A DNA stretch of 64,000 nt, from the NCBI GenBank assembly GCA_965214775.1, contig OZ243974.1, forward strand, positions 1,344,001 to 1,408,000, written 5' to 3'. The stretch comes from Nitrosopumilus sp. (lineage in GTDB: Archaea; Thermoproteota; Nitrososphaeria; Nitrososphaerales; Nitrosopumilaceae). The notes under the pieces are model-generated. The model was given only the letters and a program-made list of their open reading frames with translations, had not been told where the DNA came from and ran no database searches. Both the position numbers and the translations under genes were made by a program. This document shows, piece after piece, positions 10,923 to 21,341 of this stretch; within the stretch, counting starts at the first letter, position 1, and each line of letters begins with the position of its first letter.

Positions 10923-11257
10923 TGAATTTCCTCGTAAGCTTCTCTGATAATGCTTCCAAACTCTGAAATCGGCCGCTCTTTTTTTACTTGAACTGTTTGA
11001 ATCGGAGCCTTTCTGTTTTTTTGGATTTTAATAACGACTCCGTCGCTTTCAGGCTGGACGTCGGCAAACCATCTAAAAGTCATTGATTTGCAGAAGACGA
11101 CTCTGTGCATTCTTACGTCTTCAACAACATTCCCTCCCAATGAAAAACAAAACTCCCTGATTTCGTCAAAGAACGGCAGTATCTGAACGGGAATCTGTCT
11201 TTTAAAGTCTTCATAGCTTCGTTTGCTCCCACTCCCAAAGGAGACCATTCCTTCCAT
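10919..11257 (-). CDS. Conserved hypothetical protein
   Basis: 112 aa ORF with natural composition, converging on acyP. Confidence 0.7.
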   Translation of the reverse strand: MEGMVSFGSGSKRSYEDFKRQIPVQILPFFDEIREFCFSLGGNVVEDVRMHRVVFCKSMTFRWFADVQPESDGVVIKIQKNRKAPIQTVQVKKERPISEFGSIIREAYEEIH

Positions 11258-11289
11258 GTCTTTGCAAACAATGTTTAGAGTATAATAAT

Positions 11290-11605
11290 GGTAGCAGATC
11301 TGCCGGTTCCACTCTAGACGGACAGCCCCATTTCAAGGCATACAAGATCCGCCACGTTGACGAGGAAGCGCGGATGCCCCACCTTAGGATTGCTCCCTCC
11401 CGGACCTCATCCCTTTCAGCGGTTCGGTCTTAGAAGTCATCCCTTCGGATAATTCCAGTCCTGCAACCGCCCGCCTCGGCGTGATTTCATTTCCGCACAC
11501 CAAGCGGGAATTGCCCATCTAGGGATTTATCCGGCAGTTGCTGATCTCTGCATATAGCCGGTTTCAGAATGGGGCACGGCTGGCACCCCGATCCTACCTG
11601 CTACC
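11290..11605 (-). ncRNA. ffs: Archaeal signal recognition particle (7S) RNA
   Basis: Paired termini GGTAGCAG..CTGCTACC, 5' Alu-like domain, helix-8 motif GGATGAGGTCCGGGAGGGAGCAATCC, ~316 nt. Confidence 0.88.
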
Positions 11606-11637
11606 ACACTTTCTAAACCATGCATGTTATATTTGCA

Positions 11638-12552
11638 TTAGCTTTGGTTCTCTCTTAATTTCAAGACCATATTACAGACTGAACATACATTTCCAGTGCA
11701 TCCATTCCCACATTTCTCACAAACTGCCTTTTGTTTGTAGTTTGATTCTTTTACGATTTCAGACAGTCTGATAACGGACTGACCCAGGCTATTTTTGATG
11801 CCGCTATGATCCCTTTCCAGCGAATTTAGGAATTCCCTGATCTCTGTCCTTATTCCCTCGTTCATATGAGGACATGGCTCTGATTGAAATGGAATGTTGT
11901 TTGTAAACGCATAAAACACAACCTCTTCCTCATAAATCTCGCAAAACGGCTTTATTTTTCTAAAGGTATTGTTTGACGTATCCGGGTTCATCCACCCGAT
12001 CCGGTTTGTATCCCCTGAAAGCATGTTGATTACAAATGTCTGAAGCGTATCATCCAGGTTGTGACCTGTTGCGACAACATCCGCACCTATGTCTTTTGCC
12101 GCATGATCAATTGCGCGCCTTCTTAACGTTCCACATATTGTACATGACGATGTCTTTTCGCTTTCCCTCAAATCAAGTGCCTGATCTAATGTCATATCAA
12201 AGAGATCCTTGTAAGAGTATACTTTGTGCCCGACACTTAATTTATTGCAAAACTTTTCAACAATTTCCAGTGCCTCGTTTCTGTACCCCGGAATGCCTTC
12301 GTCAATAGTTATTGCCTTGATCCTGAAATTGTGGCTGTTTGACATCTCCTGCATTATCTTTAACAGTGCCAAGGAATCTTTTCCACCAGAAACGGCAACT
12401 GCTACTGACTCGTCATTTTTTATCATGTTGAATTTTGAAATGGTTTTCGCGGTTTTTCTGACAATTGAATCTGAAAAGCACGTTGAGCATAGCTGTACCC
12501 CGGAATATTTCCTTGTGTAGGCTGCCTGATCCTGGCATCTGTCACACTGCAT
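11638..12552 (-). CDS. ncsA: TIGR00269-type PP-loop tRNA 2-thiolation protein (NcsA/TtuA)
   Basis: SGGKDS PP-loop, CxxC motifs, ATGHNLDD, terminal Zn fingers. Confidence 0.88.
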   Translation of the reverse strand: MQCDRCQDQAAYTRKYSGVQLCSTCFSDSIVRKTAKTISKFNMIKNDESVAVAVSGGKDSLALLKIMQEMSNSHNFRIKAITIDEGIPGYRNEALEIVEKFCNKLSVGHKVYSYKDLFDMTLDQALDLRESEKTSSCTICGTLRRRAIDHAAKDIGADVVATGHNLDDTLQTFVINMLSGDTNRIGWMNPDTSNNTFRKIKPFCEIYEEEVVFYAFTNNIPFQSEPCPHMNEGIRTEIREFLNSLERDHSGIKNSLGQSVIRLSEIVKESNYKQKAVCEKCGNGCTGNVCSVCNMVLKLRENQS

Positions 12553-12609
12553 AAGCTAGAATGTTTTTTTTCATTAATGATTCTTTAGGTGGTGCCGGTA
12601 CCATGCCAT

Positions 12610-13806
12610 CTAAATTGTAAACCAGCCTGATTTCATATAGGACAGGGCAATATTCAGTCCAAACAATACGAGTGTAAACGCATAGATTCCCCACATTACC
12701 CCGTTTACTGCGCCGTCTGAAATTTGCTTGTCGATAATGGTGTGAATGAATTTGCCCCCGTCTAAAATTGGCAGTGGAAGCATATTGATAATCCCGATAA
12801 AAAAGGAGATCATCCACAACCACAACAAGAACATTGAGACGTTGGGATCATTCCATTCAATAAAGTCCATTACGGGCTTGTATGCAAACGTATTGTCCCT
12901 CATAATGCCAATCAAGCCCCTTTGGGGATCATCTTGTGCCGGTGTAATCTCCACATCAAAGTTTAACGGCTGTCCGTCTCTGAGAACTGAGACGTTTGCA
13001 ATCTCCCCGGGACTCAAACGCGGAAAGTCTGCCGGACTTAATATCTGAATGTCATTAATTGACGTGATGATGTCATTTGCCATCAGTCCGGCTTTTTCAG
13101 CGCCGGAATTTTCTATGACTGATAATACCAAAACCCCTTCAGGCAAATCATAAAAGGTACTCAATAGCGGTTCTGGCAGTACCATTGCAAAAAACGGGTT
13201 TGTAAGCAAAATTGCCCCCAGAGCAAACGCAAAAATAACATTTGAAGTCGCTCCTGCCCCTATGACCCGAAGTTTTGAAATCTTTTTTGCCCTTCCAAAC
13301 TCCTCGTCATCAGGCTCTACAAATCCTGCAAACATTGCGATAAATATTGCAAATCCCCCTGTCTTGATCCTTATTTTTTCTAATGCCGCCACGATTCCAT
13401 GGGCGCCTTCATGAATGACTAGCACAATCGGGATGGACAAAAGAAAATACGTAATTGATGCCGATGATGTCAGTGTGACTCCCGGAATCAGCACTGTTAA
13501 TTCTGAAAACTCGTTTTGTGCAACAAAAAAGTTTGTAACGTTATTTATCAAAAACCAAAATGCAAATCCCATCATTGCAAACCCTGCAACAACGCTTACA
13601 TCGGCAAATACCCGTATGCCTCTTCTTGTTCTGCCAAGCATTTTTAGTAGTGCAGAGTTGACGCTCTTGTTTTTGTAAGTTAGGCTGTATGCCTTGATCT
13701 CAAATCCATATCTTTCAAGTTTTAGCCCCTTTGCAATCACGACAATCACGACCCAGGCAATCAAGACATAGATGATCGAATTTTGTGTAATAAAATCATG
13801 TTCCAA
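12610..13806 (-). CDS. Site-2 (M50) intramembrane metalloprotease with PDZ domain
   Basis: HEGAH, NMLPLPILDGG, PDZ-like GAEKAGL segment; probable TTG start 13806. Confidence 0.92.
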   Translation of the reverse strand: MEHDFITQNSIIYVLIAWVVIVVIAKGLKLERYGFEIKAYSLTYKNKSVNSALLKMLGRTRRGIRVFADVSVVAGFAMMGFAFWFLINNVTNFFVAQNEFSELTVLIPGVTLTSSASITYFLLSIPIVLVIHEGAHGIVAALEKIRIKTGGFAIFIAMFAGFVEPDDEEFGRAKKISKLRVIGAGATSNVIFAFALGAILLTNPFFAMVLPEPLLSTFYDLPEGVLVLSVIENSGAEKAGLMANDIITSINDIQILSPADFPRLSPGEIANVSVLRDGQPLNFDVEITPAQDDPQRGLIGIMRDNTFAYKPVMDFIEWNDPNVSMFLLWLWMISFFIGIINMLPLPILDGGKFIHTIIDKQISDGAVNGVMWGIYAFTLVLFGLNIALSYMKSGWFTI

Positions 13807-13853
13807 ACTAATTGCTAATTTTTTTATTAAAGTACGCACATTTATCGGTTACT

Positions 13854-14165
13854 ATGAAGCCGGTCATAATCATCTCAACGTATCCCGACAAAAAATCTGT
13901 GACAAAAATTGCAAGAATGCTTGTCAAAAGCAAGACAAGCGCATGCGTAAACATATCAAAAATTTCGTCAATCTATTCCTGGAATGATAAAATAGAAGAC
14001 TCTTCAGAGTATCTGGCAATTTTTAAAACCACGTCAAAAAACAAAGAGTTGCTCAGGCAGAAAATAGCAGAAACCCACCCTTATGACGTCCCTGAAATCG
14101 CAGAAGTTGACGTATCCTCAGTCAACAAGCCGTATTTGGATTGGCTGACAGACTCGACAACCTAG
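13854..14165 (+). CDS. cutA: Divalent-cation tolerance protein CutA
   Basis: ACVNI..SIYSW, HPYDVPEI. Confidence 0.92.
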   Translation: MKPVIIISTYPDKKSVTKIARMLVKSKTSACVNISKISSIYSWNDKIEDSSEYLAIFKTTSKNKELLRQKIAETHPYDVPEIAEVDVSSVNKPYLDWLTDSTT

Positions 14166-15214
14166 GACTCGATGGGATATCTTAGCAGTGAAACGATTCC
14201 GCCCAATCCTGTCACTCTGAGACCGATATCTGTAGTTGCATCAACGCTGTAGATCTTTGCCCCTTTGGCCTCGGCGTCATTTAGAAAGTCTATCATTTGC
14301 TGCTCATTGTTTTCTTGAATTGCCTTGTCTGAAAATACCATGGAATCCACTGCACCCATCTGGTTTGCCGTAAAAGTTTCCTCAAACCCCATTGAAAATT
14401 TTCGACTTTTTTTGTTTGCAAGGGCCATCACCTTATCAATGATTGAAGACACCCTTGCTAGTTTACTGTCTGACATTATTTCTTTCATGACCTGTGATTT
14501 TGTAAATGTGAAAATGCCGTCTTCCCCCCCCGAGTCTATTCCTTCTGCAATCCGTATTCCCGATTTTTGAAACTCTTGTGATTTTTGAAGAAAGTTTGAA
14601 AATCGTTTTTTAGTTTCCCCTGGGCCGAAAATAATTATTGAATCGTTGCCTTTTTTTGCCGTTGAAACAGATTTGTGCACTCTTTCAAAGAATTTCTCTA
14701 TGTTAAAACTGGTCTTGTATCTTTTTCCCCCAGAGCCCGAATAGATATTTGGAAAAAATTCCAGGTGAGTACCTTTCAACCTTCCTATGCCACAGTCTGC
14801 AGTGTCAATTGCTACTAGTACAAATCCTGCTTGATTGTCGTTTGATGCAAGCAATTTTCTCCCTATTGGGCTCCACTTTTTCTTGAAAATCGTGATTCCA
14901 TCGCCGATTCTGAGTGTAAGTGAATGGTGTGATCCGTGCGGGACTGCCTCGTTGTCTGACTCTGAAATGGTTCCGCCTATACGCAGCCTGTCTAAAACAT
15001 CATCAAGAGATATTTTTTCAACGATTAGGGCAATTCTGACTCTGATCCGCTGGCCTTTGTCGGGCCTGGAATAGTCTTTTTCTTGTTTTAATACACGCGT
15101 TGTATCGCCTGTCACTCTGTCGGTCTCTTTGATGATCCTTCTCAAATTCAAAAGATCGTCTGAATCTTCGGCAATTACAGAAATTGAATTCTCGTCAATC
15201 TTTTTTGTTATCAT
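14162..15214 (-). CDS. pelA: Pelota, ribosome rescue factor
   Basis: DSDDLLNL, LRIGG, GSHHSL, GPGETK, GLGGIVSLLRY. Confidence 0.93.
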   Translation of the reverse strand: MITKKIDENSISVIAEDSDDLLNLRRIIKETDRVTGDTTRVLKQEKDYSRPDKGQRIRVRIALIVEKISLDDVLDRLRIGGTISESDNEAVPHGSHHSLTLRIGDGITIFKKKWSPIGRKLLASNDNQAGFVLVAIDTADCGIGRLKGTHLEFFPNIYSGSGGKRYKTSFNIEKFFERVHKSVSTAKKGNDSIIIFGPGETKKRFSNFLQKSQEFQKSGIRIAEGIDSGGEDGIFTFTKSQVMKEIMSDSKLARVSSIIDKVMALANKKSRKFSMGFEETFTANQMGAVDSMVFSDKAIQENNEQQMIDFLNDAEAKGAKIYSVDATTDIGLRVTGLGGIVSLLRYPIES

Positions 15215-15246
15215 GGTATGGATTAAGAGTACACCAAAAAAAGAGT

Positions 15247-15735
15247 TTATCTAGTTTCCTCGGCAAGTTTTGACTCTTCAGATTTCCTCTTAAGGTAGCT
15301 TTCTACCCAATCCAAGGTAAGAACCCCTGTCTCAGCCAAATTTGTCAGGGAATTGGCAGAAGCCTCTCCTACAACTTTGCCGTGATTCCTTTTTAATTGG
15401 CGCCACTTGAGTGAGGTATTTCCGCTTTTAGAATTGTAAATTATTCCTAATATGTCTCTTGCATTAACAAACGTGATGTCCCTTATTTTTTTCAGAGTCA
15501 CTTTGTCTGCTGCCTCGACATAAATTGAGCCCAAGCTGTCTTCTCTTTCTGCAAACACTTCAAAGTCGTCAAGATAACTTCTTGGCGCATAGGACTTGCA
15601 TGTGCTGGAAATTATGAACCTTCTAAAACTTTCCAGTGAGGCGGGGGTGTCAATTACAACCATTTTGAATGACTGATCCATTGGCCATTTATCAAGCTTC
15701 GTGAAAGACTCAAAAGGAATATCTGCCTCAAACAT
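15247..15735 (-). CDS. Conserved hypothetical protein
   Basis: 162 aa ORF, co-oriented with pelota. Confidence 0.7.
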   Translation of the reverse strand: MFEADIPFESFTKLDKWPMDQSFKMVVIDTPASLESFRRFIISSTCKSYAPRSYLDDFEVFAEREDSLGSIYVEAADKVTLKKIRDITFVNARDILGIIYNSKSGNTSLKWRQLKRNHGKVVGEASANSLTNLAETGVLTLDWVESYLKRKSEESKLAEETR

Positions 15736-15841
15736 GGCTGGCAGGCAGTGATGACCATATCCCTTTGAAATGATAATGATGAGGATCTTGAGTTCTGAGC
15801 CTGCCTTAGGTTTTTAATTGACGCAGATCATTGAAAAACCT

Positions 15842-16261
15842 ATGAAATCATTGACTCAATACATGACATTTAACGTAAAATCCAGACGAGGCTTTCTTAA
15901 CATCACCCCTGATGTCAGGAAACTTGTTACAAAAAGCAAAGTTCGGGAGGGACTCTGCCTGGTTAATGCAATGCATATCACTGCCAGTATCTTCATAAAT
16001 GACAATGAAAGCGGGTTGCATCATGACTATGAAAAATGGCTGGAAGGTTTGGCGCCTCATGAGCCCATAGGGCAATACAAACACAACGATACCGGCGAGG
16101 ATAACGCAGATGCCCATCTAAAACGTCAAGTTATGGGAAGAGAAGTCGTTGTTGCAGTTACAAACGGCAAGTTGGATTTTGGTCCGTGGGAACAAATCTT
16201 CTATGGGGAATTTGACGGCAGACGACCAAAAAGAGTCTTGGTAAAAATTATTGGCCAATAA
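15842..16261 (+). CDS. yjbQ: YjbQ family (secondary thiamine-phosphate synthase-like) protein
   Basis: [30 protein letters not shown]. Confidence 0.92.
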   Translation: MKSLTQYMTFNVKSRRGFLNITPDVRKLVTKSKVREGLCLVNAMHITASIFINDNESGLHHDYEKWLEGLAPHEPIGQYKHNDTGEDNADAHLKRQVMGREVVVAVTNGKLDFGPWEQIFYGEFDGRRPKRVLVKIIGQ

Positions 16262-16266
16262 GCAAC

Positions 16267-16431
16267 TCATCCAAAGTCTGCATCACGTTTTTGACTTTGT
16301 GATTCATTCTTTCTTGCAGCTGCCCTGAATTCTTCATCATGGTTCTGGGGGCCATGCCCGCATCTCACGCATGCCATCTTGAACCCGTATCCGTCTTTTT
16401 CATATGTTTCACAGCCGCAAAAACATGCCAT
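16267..16431 (-). CDS. 54-aa Cys/His zinc-binding microprotein (absent from the ORF track)
   Basis: Manual translation MACFCGCETYEKDGYGFKMACVRCGHGPQNHDEEFRAAARKNESQSQKRDADFG*; fills the gap downstream of the DtxR gene. Confidence 0.7.
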   Translation of the reverse strand: MACFCGCETYEKDGYGFKMACVRCGHGPQNHDEEFRAAARKNESQSQKRDADFG

Positions 16432-16475
16432 AATTCAACTAGAAACCGTGATGATATATCCCTTGGGATGGGAAT

Positions 16476-16946
16476 TTAACTTCCTTGGCAACATTCGCCC
16501 ATTGGAATGTCATGATCATGCGGGCATTTTCTTGGGTGTTTTAGCATTGTACATAGCGCATCTGTAAACTGCTTGTTCATATGGTGCTCAATTCCGCAAA
16601 CCATCTCTTCATCTATTGCAACTTTGAGCGCACTGTCCATCAAAACCTCAAGCAATCTGCTGTTTCTCATCATGCTGGCCCCTATCTTCTCGCCATCTTC
16701 GGTCAGTCTTACCCCTGCCTTGTTGTATGTGACTAGATTTTGTCCATTCAATTTTTTGAGCATTTGAACAACACTGGGCTGCCTTACGTTCAACATTTTT
16801 GCAATGGTGCTAATCTTGACTTCCCCTCCCCTCTCTTTGATGTGCCAGATTGCTTTGAGATACATCTCCACATGTTCGGCTTCGGCAGTTCCTACAAACA
16901 GAATTTCATCATTATCGTCATTATTATCATCATTTAACACGTCCAT
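16476..16946 (-). CDS. DtxR/MntR-family metal-dependent repressor
   Basis: EMYLKAIW, IAKMLNVRQPSV, CGIEHHM, CPHDHDIP. Confidence 0.92.
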   Translation of the reverse strand: MDVLNDDNNDDNDEILFVGTAEAEHVEMYLKAIWHIKERGGEVKISTIAKMLNVRQPSVVQMLKKLNGQNLVTYNKAGVRLTEDGEKIGASMMRNSRLLEVLMDSALKVAIDEEMVCGIEHHMNKQFTDALCTMLKHPRKCPHDHDIPMGECCQGS

Positions 16947-16948
16947 AA

Positions 16949-17716
16949 CTATACCTTCTTTGAATCTTTTAATAAATATTCGAAATATTGTCTTGCAAAA
17001 CCTGCCAATCCTGCATGATCTGCCCAGATTGCCACTACGTCTGATGAGTTTGCACTGCTAATTTCGGGGCCTAGCAGAATCACTACGTATCTTTTGTCCG
17101 AAATGATCCCCCCTCCAAACAACCCTTTTTTGATTTTAACAGTTGACACTCTTTTGATTGCCTTGATTGATTCTTTATCCATGTTATCTGACGTTAAAAT
17201 TGTAATTTCGACCCCTTTGTCGTGCAGTGATCGTAATTTTGGCAGTGCCTGTTTTACCAATTCCTCTCCTGCATCGGGCAACGCAATCATTACCTCGTTT
17301 CTGCAAGTCTCAACCATTTCCAAAATTTTTGCCGCAATGTTTATTGCGCCTGACAATACCCAAATATCCGGCTTTTCACTTGTACCACTTTTCTCGTACA
17401 GCGGCACCAGTTCGTTCAGAATGACGCTTTGATTTTGTAAAAAGTCACTTTCCATCTTCTGTTTTGTAGTCTCAATCCCAGTTGATGGAGACTTTGCAAA
17501 ATATTTTGTTGGCCTTGAATCATCCGAACCGATCCATCCCTTGTCCTCCAGGGTCCCTGACACCTCGTAAATTTTTGAATATGGGACTCCTGATTTCTGA
17601 CTGAGCTCTGAGGCCGTCAACTCTCCTGACTTTAGCAGGGCAGCAAACGTCCTGATCTCATAGCTGGTAAGGCCGATCTTTTCTAATGCCTTTCTGGTCT
17701 TGTCTGATATGCTCAT
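16949..17716 (-). CDS. TrmB-family transcriptional regulator
   Basis: GLTSYE..TASELS..SGVPYSKIYEV, RPTKY. Confidence 0.92.
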   Translation of the reverse strand: MSISDKTRKALEKIGLTSYEIRTFAALLKSGELTASELSQKSGVPYSKIYEVSGTLEDKGWIGSDDSRPTKYFAKSPSTGIETTKQKMESDFLQNQSVILNELVPLYEKSGTSEKPDIWVLSGAINIAAKILEMVETCRNEVMIALPDAGEELVKQALPKLRSLHDKGVEITILTSDNMDKESIKAIKRVSTVKIKKGLFGGGIISDKRYVVILLGPEISSANSSDVVAIWADHAGLAGFARQYFEYLLKDSKKV

Positions 17717-17835
17717 GCAATCTAGTCGATCGGTTTTGATATTTAAATCAGATATGTGCAGAAGATCCTAAATTCCACACGGGGGCAAGTATGAAATGCA
17801 TTATATAGTATTTCAGAAAGATACCAGATATAGGC

Positions 17836-19500
17836 ATGGCTCTGATTCAAATATCAAACCAATCAACTAAAAATTTAGGAAAAAAATCCACCATTAGATT
17901 CACCCAAAGTATCTGTCCGGACTGTAATATGATTCTGGATGCAGAAGTCTTTGAAAGAGATAACAAGGTCTTCATGTCCAAGGTATGCCCGACACACGGC
18001 CAGTGTGAAGAGCTGTACTTTGGCTCTTATGAGATGTATAAAAAATTCAGTACATACTGGATGGATGGCAAGGGCGCACACGCTCCAAACGTGATGATCG
18101 ACAAGTGCTCCTGTCCGAACAACTGCGGATTGTGTTCAAACCACCTGTCACACAGCGGACTTGCAAACATGATCGTAACTAACAGATGTGACTTGACATG
18201 CTGGTATTGTTTCTTCTATGTTAAGAAAGGACTTGAGGGCGCCTACATGTATGAGCCAGATCATACCCAGGTCAGGGCAATGATGAAGACACTAAGGGCA
18301 GAAAGACCAATTCCGGGAAACTCTATGCAGATTACCGGCGGTGAACCAATGCTCCGGGAAGATATTGCCGATGTAATCAAAATCATGAAGGAGGAGGGCG
18401 TTGATCATATCCAGATGAACACCAATGGAATCAGGCATGCAATGGATCCGGAGGCTGCCAGGGAAGTAAGGCTTGCCGGATGTAACAACTTGTATCTGTC
18501 GTTTGACGGCGTAACTGCAAGAACAAACCCAAAGAATCACTGGGAAATTCCGTATGCCCTTGACAGCTGCAGAAAGACCGGAACGACTGTCGTGTTTGTT
18601 CCAACCGTAATCAAGTCAATCAATGACCACGAACTAGGCGGAATTATCAGATATGCGCAAAAGAACATGGATGTTGTTCATGCCGTAAACTTCCAGCCGG
18701 TGTCTCTTACCGGAAGAATGGGCAAGTCTGAACGCGAAAAATACAGAATCACAATTCCTGATTGCATTCAAAGAATCGAAGAGCAGACAAACGGCGAAGT
18801 GACAGTTGATGACTGGTTCCCGGTTCCAAGCTGCATGCCTCTGACAAATGTAATTGAAGCGTTCTCAAGCAAGCCAAAATACGAGTTATCAATCCACTTT
18901 GCCTGTGGTGCAGGCACGTACATCTTTGAAGATGAGGAAACAAAAAGGTTTGTCCCGCTAACAAAATTCTGCGACATTCAAGGAATGCTGGAACTCTTTG
19001 AAGACAAGGCAGAAGAGATCCGTTCTGGCAAAAACAAGTACTTTACAATGCTTGAAGTTGTAAGAAAGCTAAAGGGATTTGTCGATTCCAAGAAACAGCC
19101 GGCAGGACTAGACCTTGCAAAGATGTTTGGAAACATCCTGATGAAGAGATCATTTGATTCGGTCGGTTCCTGGCATGTCAAGGGACTGTTCCTTGGCATG
19201 ATGCACTTTCAAGACAAATACAACGAGGACCTTGAGAGACTGCAAAGATGTGACATCCACTACCTGACCCCCGATCTCAGGATCGTTCCATTCTGTGCAT
19301 TCAACGTGATTCCAGAATGGTACAGAGACAGAATCCAAAAAAAGTATTCCATCACAGTTGAGGAATGGGAAGAAAGAGAGGGAGTAAAGCTCGAAGATGG
19401 CCTGTACCGGGGTCTTATGAGGCGCGGGGCAGGCGACGATCTTGCAGCAGGGTGTGCAAAGAGCGAAATGTTCCACCAGGTAGCCCAAGCCACCACGTAG
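17836..19500 (+). CDS. tes: Radical SAM tetraether lipid (GDGT) synthase Tes
   Basis: N-terminal SICPDC..CPTHG..CPNNCGLCSNH, CDLTCWYC radical SAM motif, C-terminal RCDIHY..PFCAFN. Confidence 0.88.
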   Translation: MALIQISNQSTKNLGKKSTIRFTQSICPDCNMILDAEVFERDNKVFMSKVCPTHGQCEELYFGSYEMYKKFSTYWMDGKGAHAPNVMIDKCSCPNNCGLCSNHLSHSGLANMIVTNRCDLTCWYCFFYVKKGLEGAYMYEPDHTQVRAMMKTLRAERPIPGNSMQITGGEPMLREDIADVIKIMKEEGVDHIQMNTNGIRHAMDPEAAREVRLAGCNNLYLSFDGVTARTNPKNHWEIPYALDSCRKTGTTVVFVPTVIKSINDHELGGIIRYAQKNMDVVHAVNFQPVSLTGRMGKSEREKYRITIPDCIQRIEEQTNGEVTVDDWFPVPSCMPLTNVIEAFSSKPKYELSIHFACGAGTYIFEDEETKRFVPLTKFCDIQGMLELFEDKAEEIRSGKNKYFTMLEVVRKLKGFVDSKKQPAGLDLAKMFGNILMKRSFDSVGSWHVKGLFLGMMHFQDKYNEDLERLQRCDIHYLTPDLRIVPFCAFNVIPEWYRDRIQKKYSITVEEWEEREGVKLEDGLYRGLMRRGAGDDLAAGCAKSEMFHQVAQATT

Positions 19501-19551
19501 ACCCACCGTATTGTCCAAGACCTTTTAAGGTTCAAACCAAACTTTTCGATA

Positions 19552-20625
19552 TTGAATATTGGAATCGTTCATGGGTTTGTAGGCGGGGGCGGCGGCACTG
19601 AAAAAACACTGTTACAAATCATTCAAAGTTTAAAGGAAAATCATCACGTGACATTATACACTTTTTCAAAACCCACGATAACCATTGACGGCATAACCGT
19701 CAAAAGCAAACTGCCATTTAAAATGCCAACACTGGGCCTGTATCAGCGATCATCCGAATCAAAGTTGCTTGATTCTGCCAAACACAATGACATCATAATT
19801 CAGGCATCGGGAGGAATAACCATACCTGAGAACACCTCTCAAAAAATCGTTGTATACTGTCACGGCGATCTCCAGGATGAATCGTCCAAAACCAGTTCCA
19901 AATACAAAGGAATCTGGAAGTTCTATCATACACCGTATGAAAAGTCCGCCAAAAAATCACTTGAAAACATCGCCTGCAGAAACGTAAACCTGATCTCAAA
20001 TTCACATTTTGTCCGGTCCTCGATTCTCAACAACCTCAAAAAGGATTCTGTCGTCATCTACCCGCCTGTTGACATTGCTAGCTTTGGCCCAGACTCGAAA
20101 AAATCCAATGACATCATTACTGTATCCCGCTACTCTCCGGAAAAAAACCTTGATTTTGCCTTGGACACCATCGCGCCTACCGGCCACAGTTACACTGTGA
20201 TTGGCAACACCAAAACTAAATCCAACGTTCTGTATTTCAGGCATTTGAATTCCAAATCCAGGAAAAACAACAATATAATTTTGGAAAAGAATATTCTGCG
20301 CAGGACACTTGTTGAAAAACTAAACGGATCAAGAGTTTATTTTCATGCTTGCGAAGAAACGTTTGGAATTGCCGTCGTTGAGGGTATTGCTGCAGGCTGT
20401 GTTCCGGTCGTACCTGATAACGGCGCACACAAAGAAACCGTTCCGGTTGATGACTTGAGATACGTTCCCGACGACTCCCGGGATGCCGCAGCAAAAATCC
20501 AAAGGGCCCTGTCCGGAGAATTTGATCATCACATGCCAAGATTACAAGAAAACATCCTGAAGTACAGCGAGGCTAATTTTCGCAGATCATTTCGAAATTT
20601 TGTCGAAAACCTGGCTAGTACGTAG
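19552..20625 (+). CDS. Glycosyltransferase family 4 (ALG11-like)
   Basis: GGGGGTEK, VIYPPVD, SRYSPEKN, EETFGIAVVEG. Confidence 0.88.
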   Translation: MNIGIVHGFVGGGGGTEKTLLQIIQSLKENHHVTLYTFSKPTITIDGITVKSKLPFKMPTLGLYQRSSESKLLDSAKHNDIIIQASGGITIPENTSQKIVVYCHGDLQDESSKTSSKYKGIWKFYHTPYEKSAKKSLENIACRNVNLISNSHFVRSSILNNLKKDSVVIYPPVDIASFGPDSKKSNDIITVSRYSPEKNLDFALDTIAPTGHSYTVIGNTKTKSNVLYFRHLNSKSRKNNNIILEKNILRRTLVEKLNGSRVYFHACEETFGIAVVEGIAAGCVPVVPDNGAHKETVPVDDLRYVPDDSRDAAAKIQRALSGEFDHHMPRLQENILKYSEANFRRSFRNFVENLAST

Positions 20626-21340
20626 AAATCCTGTATTTCTTCCACCGTTTTGTGCCCAGGCTCATATCCATGGTGAGCTTTGGCCCCGAGTAATCCTTGA
20701 TGGTCATCGGTTCAACGTCCGGAGTCGTGATTCTTGCTAGTTCAAACATTGACATTTTTTTGTCTCCTACTATGTGTACGGTTCCTTGAATGTTTTCCTT
20801 TTGCACGTCTTCTATTCCTCCTGCAACCCCGTCTGCAAACAGGTATGTGCCATATCTGTCAGTGAATGCTTTGGGATACTCCCATTTTCTTTTTGCAGCA
20901 AAATTGGTTCTGATGATCAGGTGTCTTGGCAGCCTTTTGACCTCGTGTTCTCCTACGAGTTTTGTCAGTGCGTAAAAATTTTCAGGATACGGAATAGAGT
21001 CCTCGTTATACATACCCGTGTGTCCGTCAAACACACATGCTGTACTGACATAGCAAAACTGAATCTCATTATCTGATTCCAATGCCGCGTCAACCAGGTT
21101 TCTTGTGCCTTCTACATTGGTTCTCCACGTTAATGGTTGGTTTTTTTCACATTGACGTATTCCAACTAATGCTCCTCCGTGAATAACTACGCTGATATCT
21201 GAATGCTGTCTAAAATAATCTAATACTGCCTCTCTGCATCCTATGTCTAATTCGTTATGTGTGGGTAGCAATGCAGCCGGATATCTTTTTCGTAACTGTG
21301 TACCTAACGCACCTGATCCTCCTGTAATTAATACCGTCAT
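20615..21340 (-). CDS. RmlD-like NDP-4-keto-sugar reductase
   Basis: ITGGSGALG, STACVFDG, YALTK. Confidence 0.85.
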   Translation of the reverse strand: MTVLITGGSGALGTQLRKRYPAALLPTHNELDIGCREAVLDYFRQHSDISVVIHGGALVGIRQCEKNQPLTWRTNVEGTRNLVDAALESDNEIQFCYVSTACVFDGHTGMYNEDSIPYPENFYALTKLVGEHEVKRLPRHLIIRTNFAAKRKWEYPKAFTDRYGTYLFADGVAGGIEDVQKENIQGTVHIVGDKKMSMFELARITTPDVEPMTIKDYSGPKLTMDMSLGTKRWKKYRISTY

Positions 21341-21341
21341 G

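Noticed and set aside
11290-11605. RNase P RNA
   Set aside because: Lacks the GAGGAAAGTCC/ACAGAA P4 motifs and has the SRP helix-8 motif instead.
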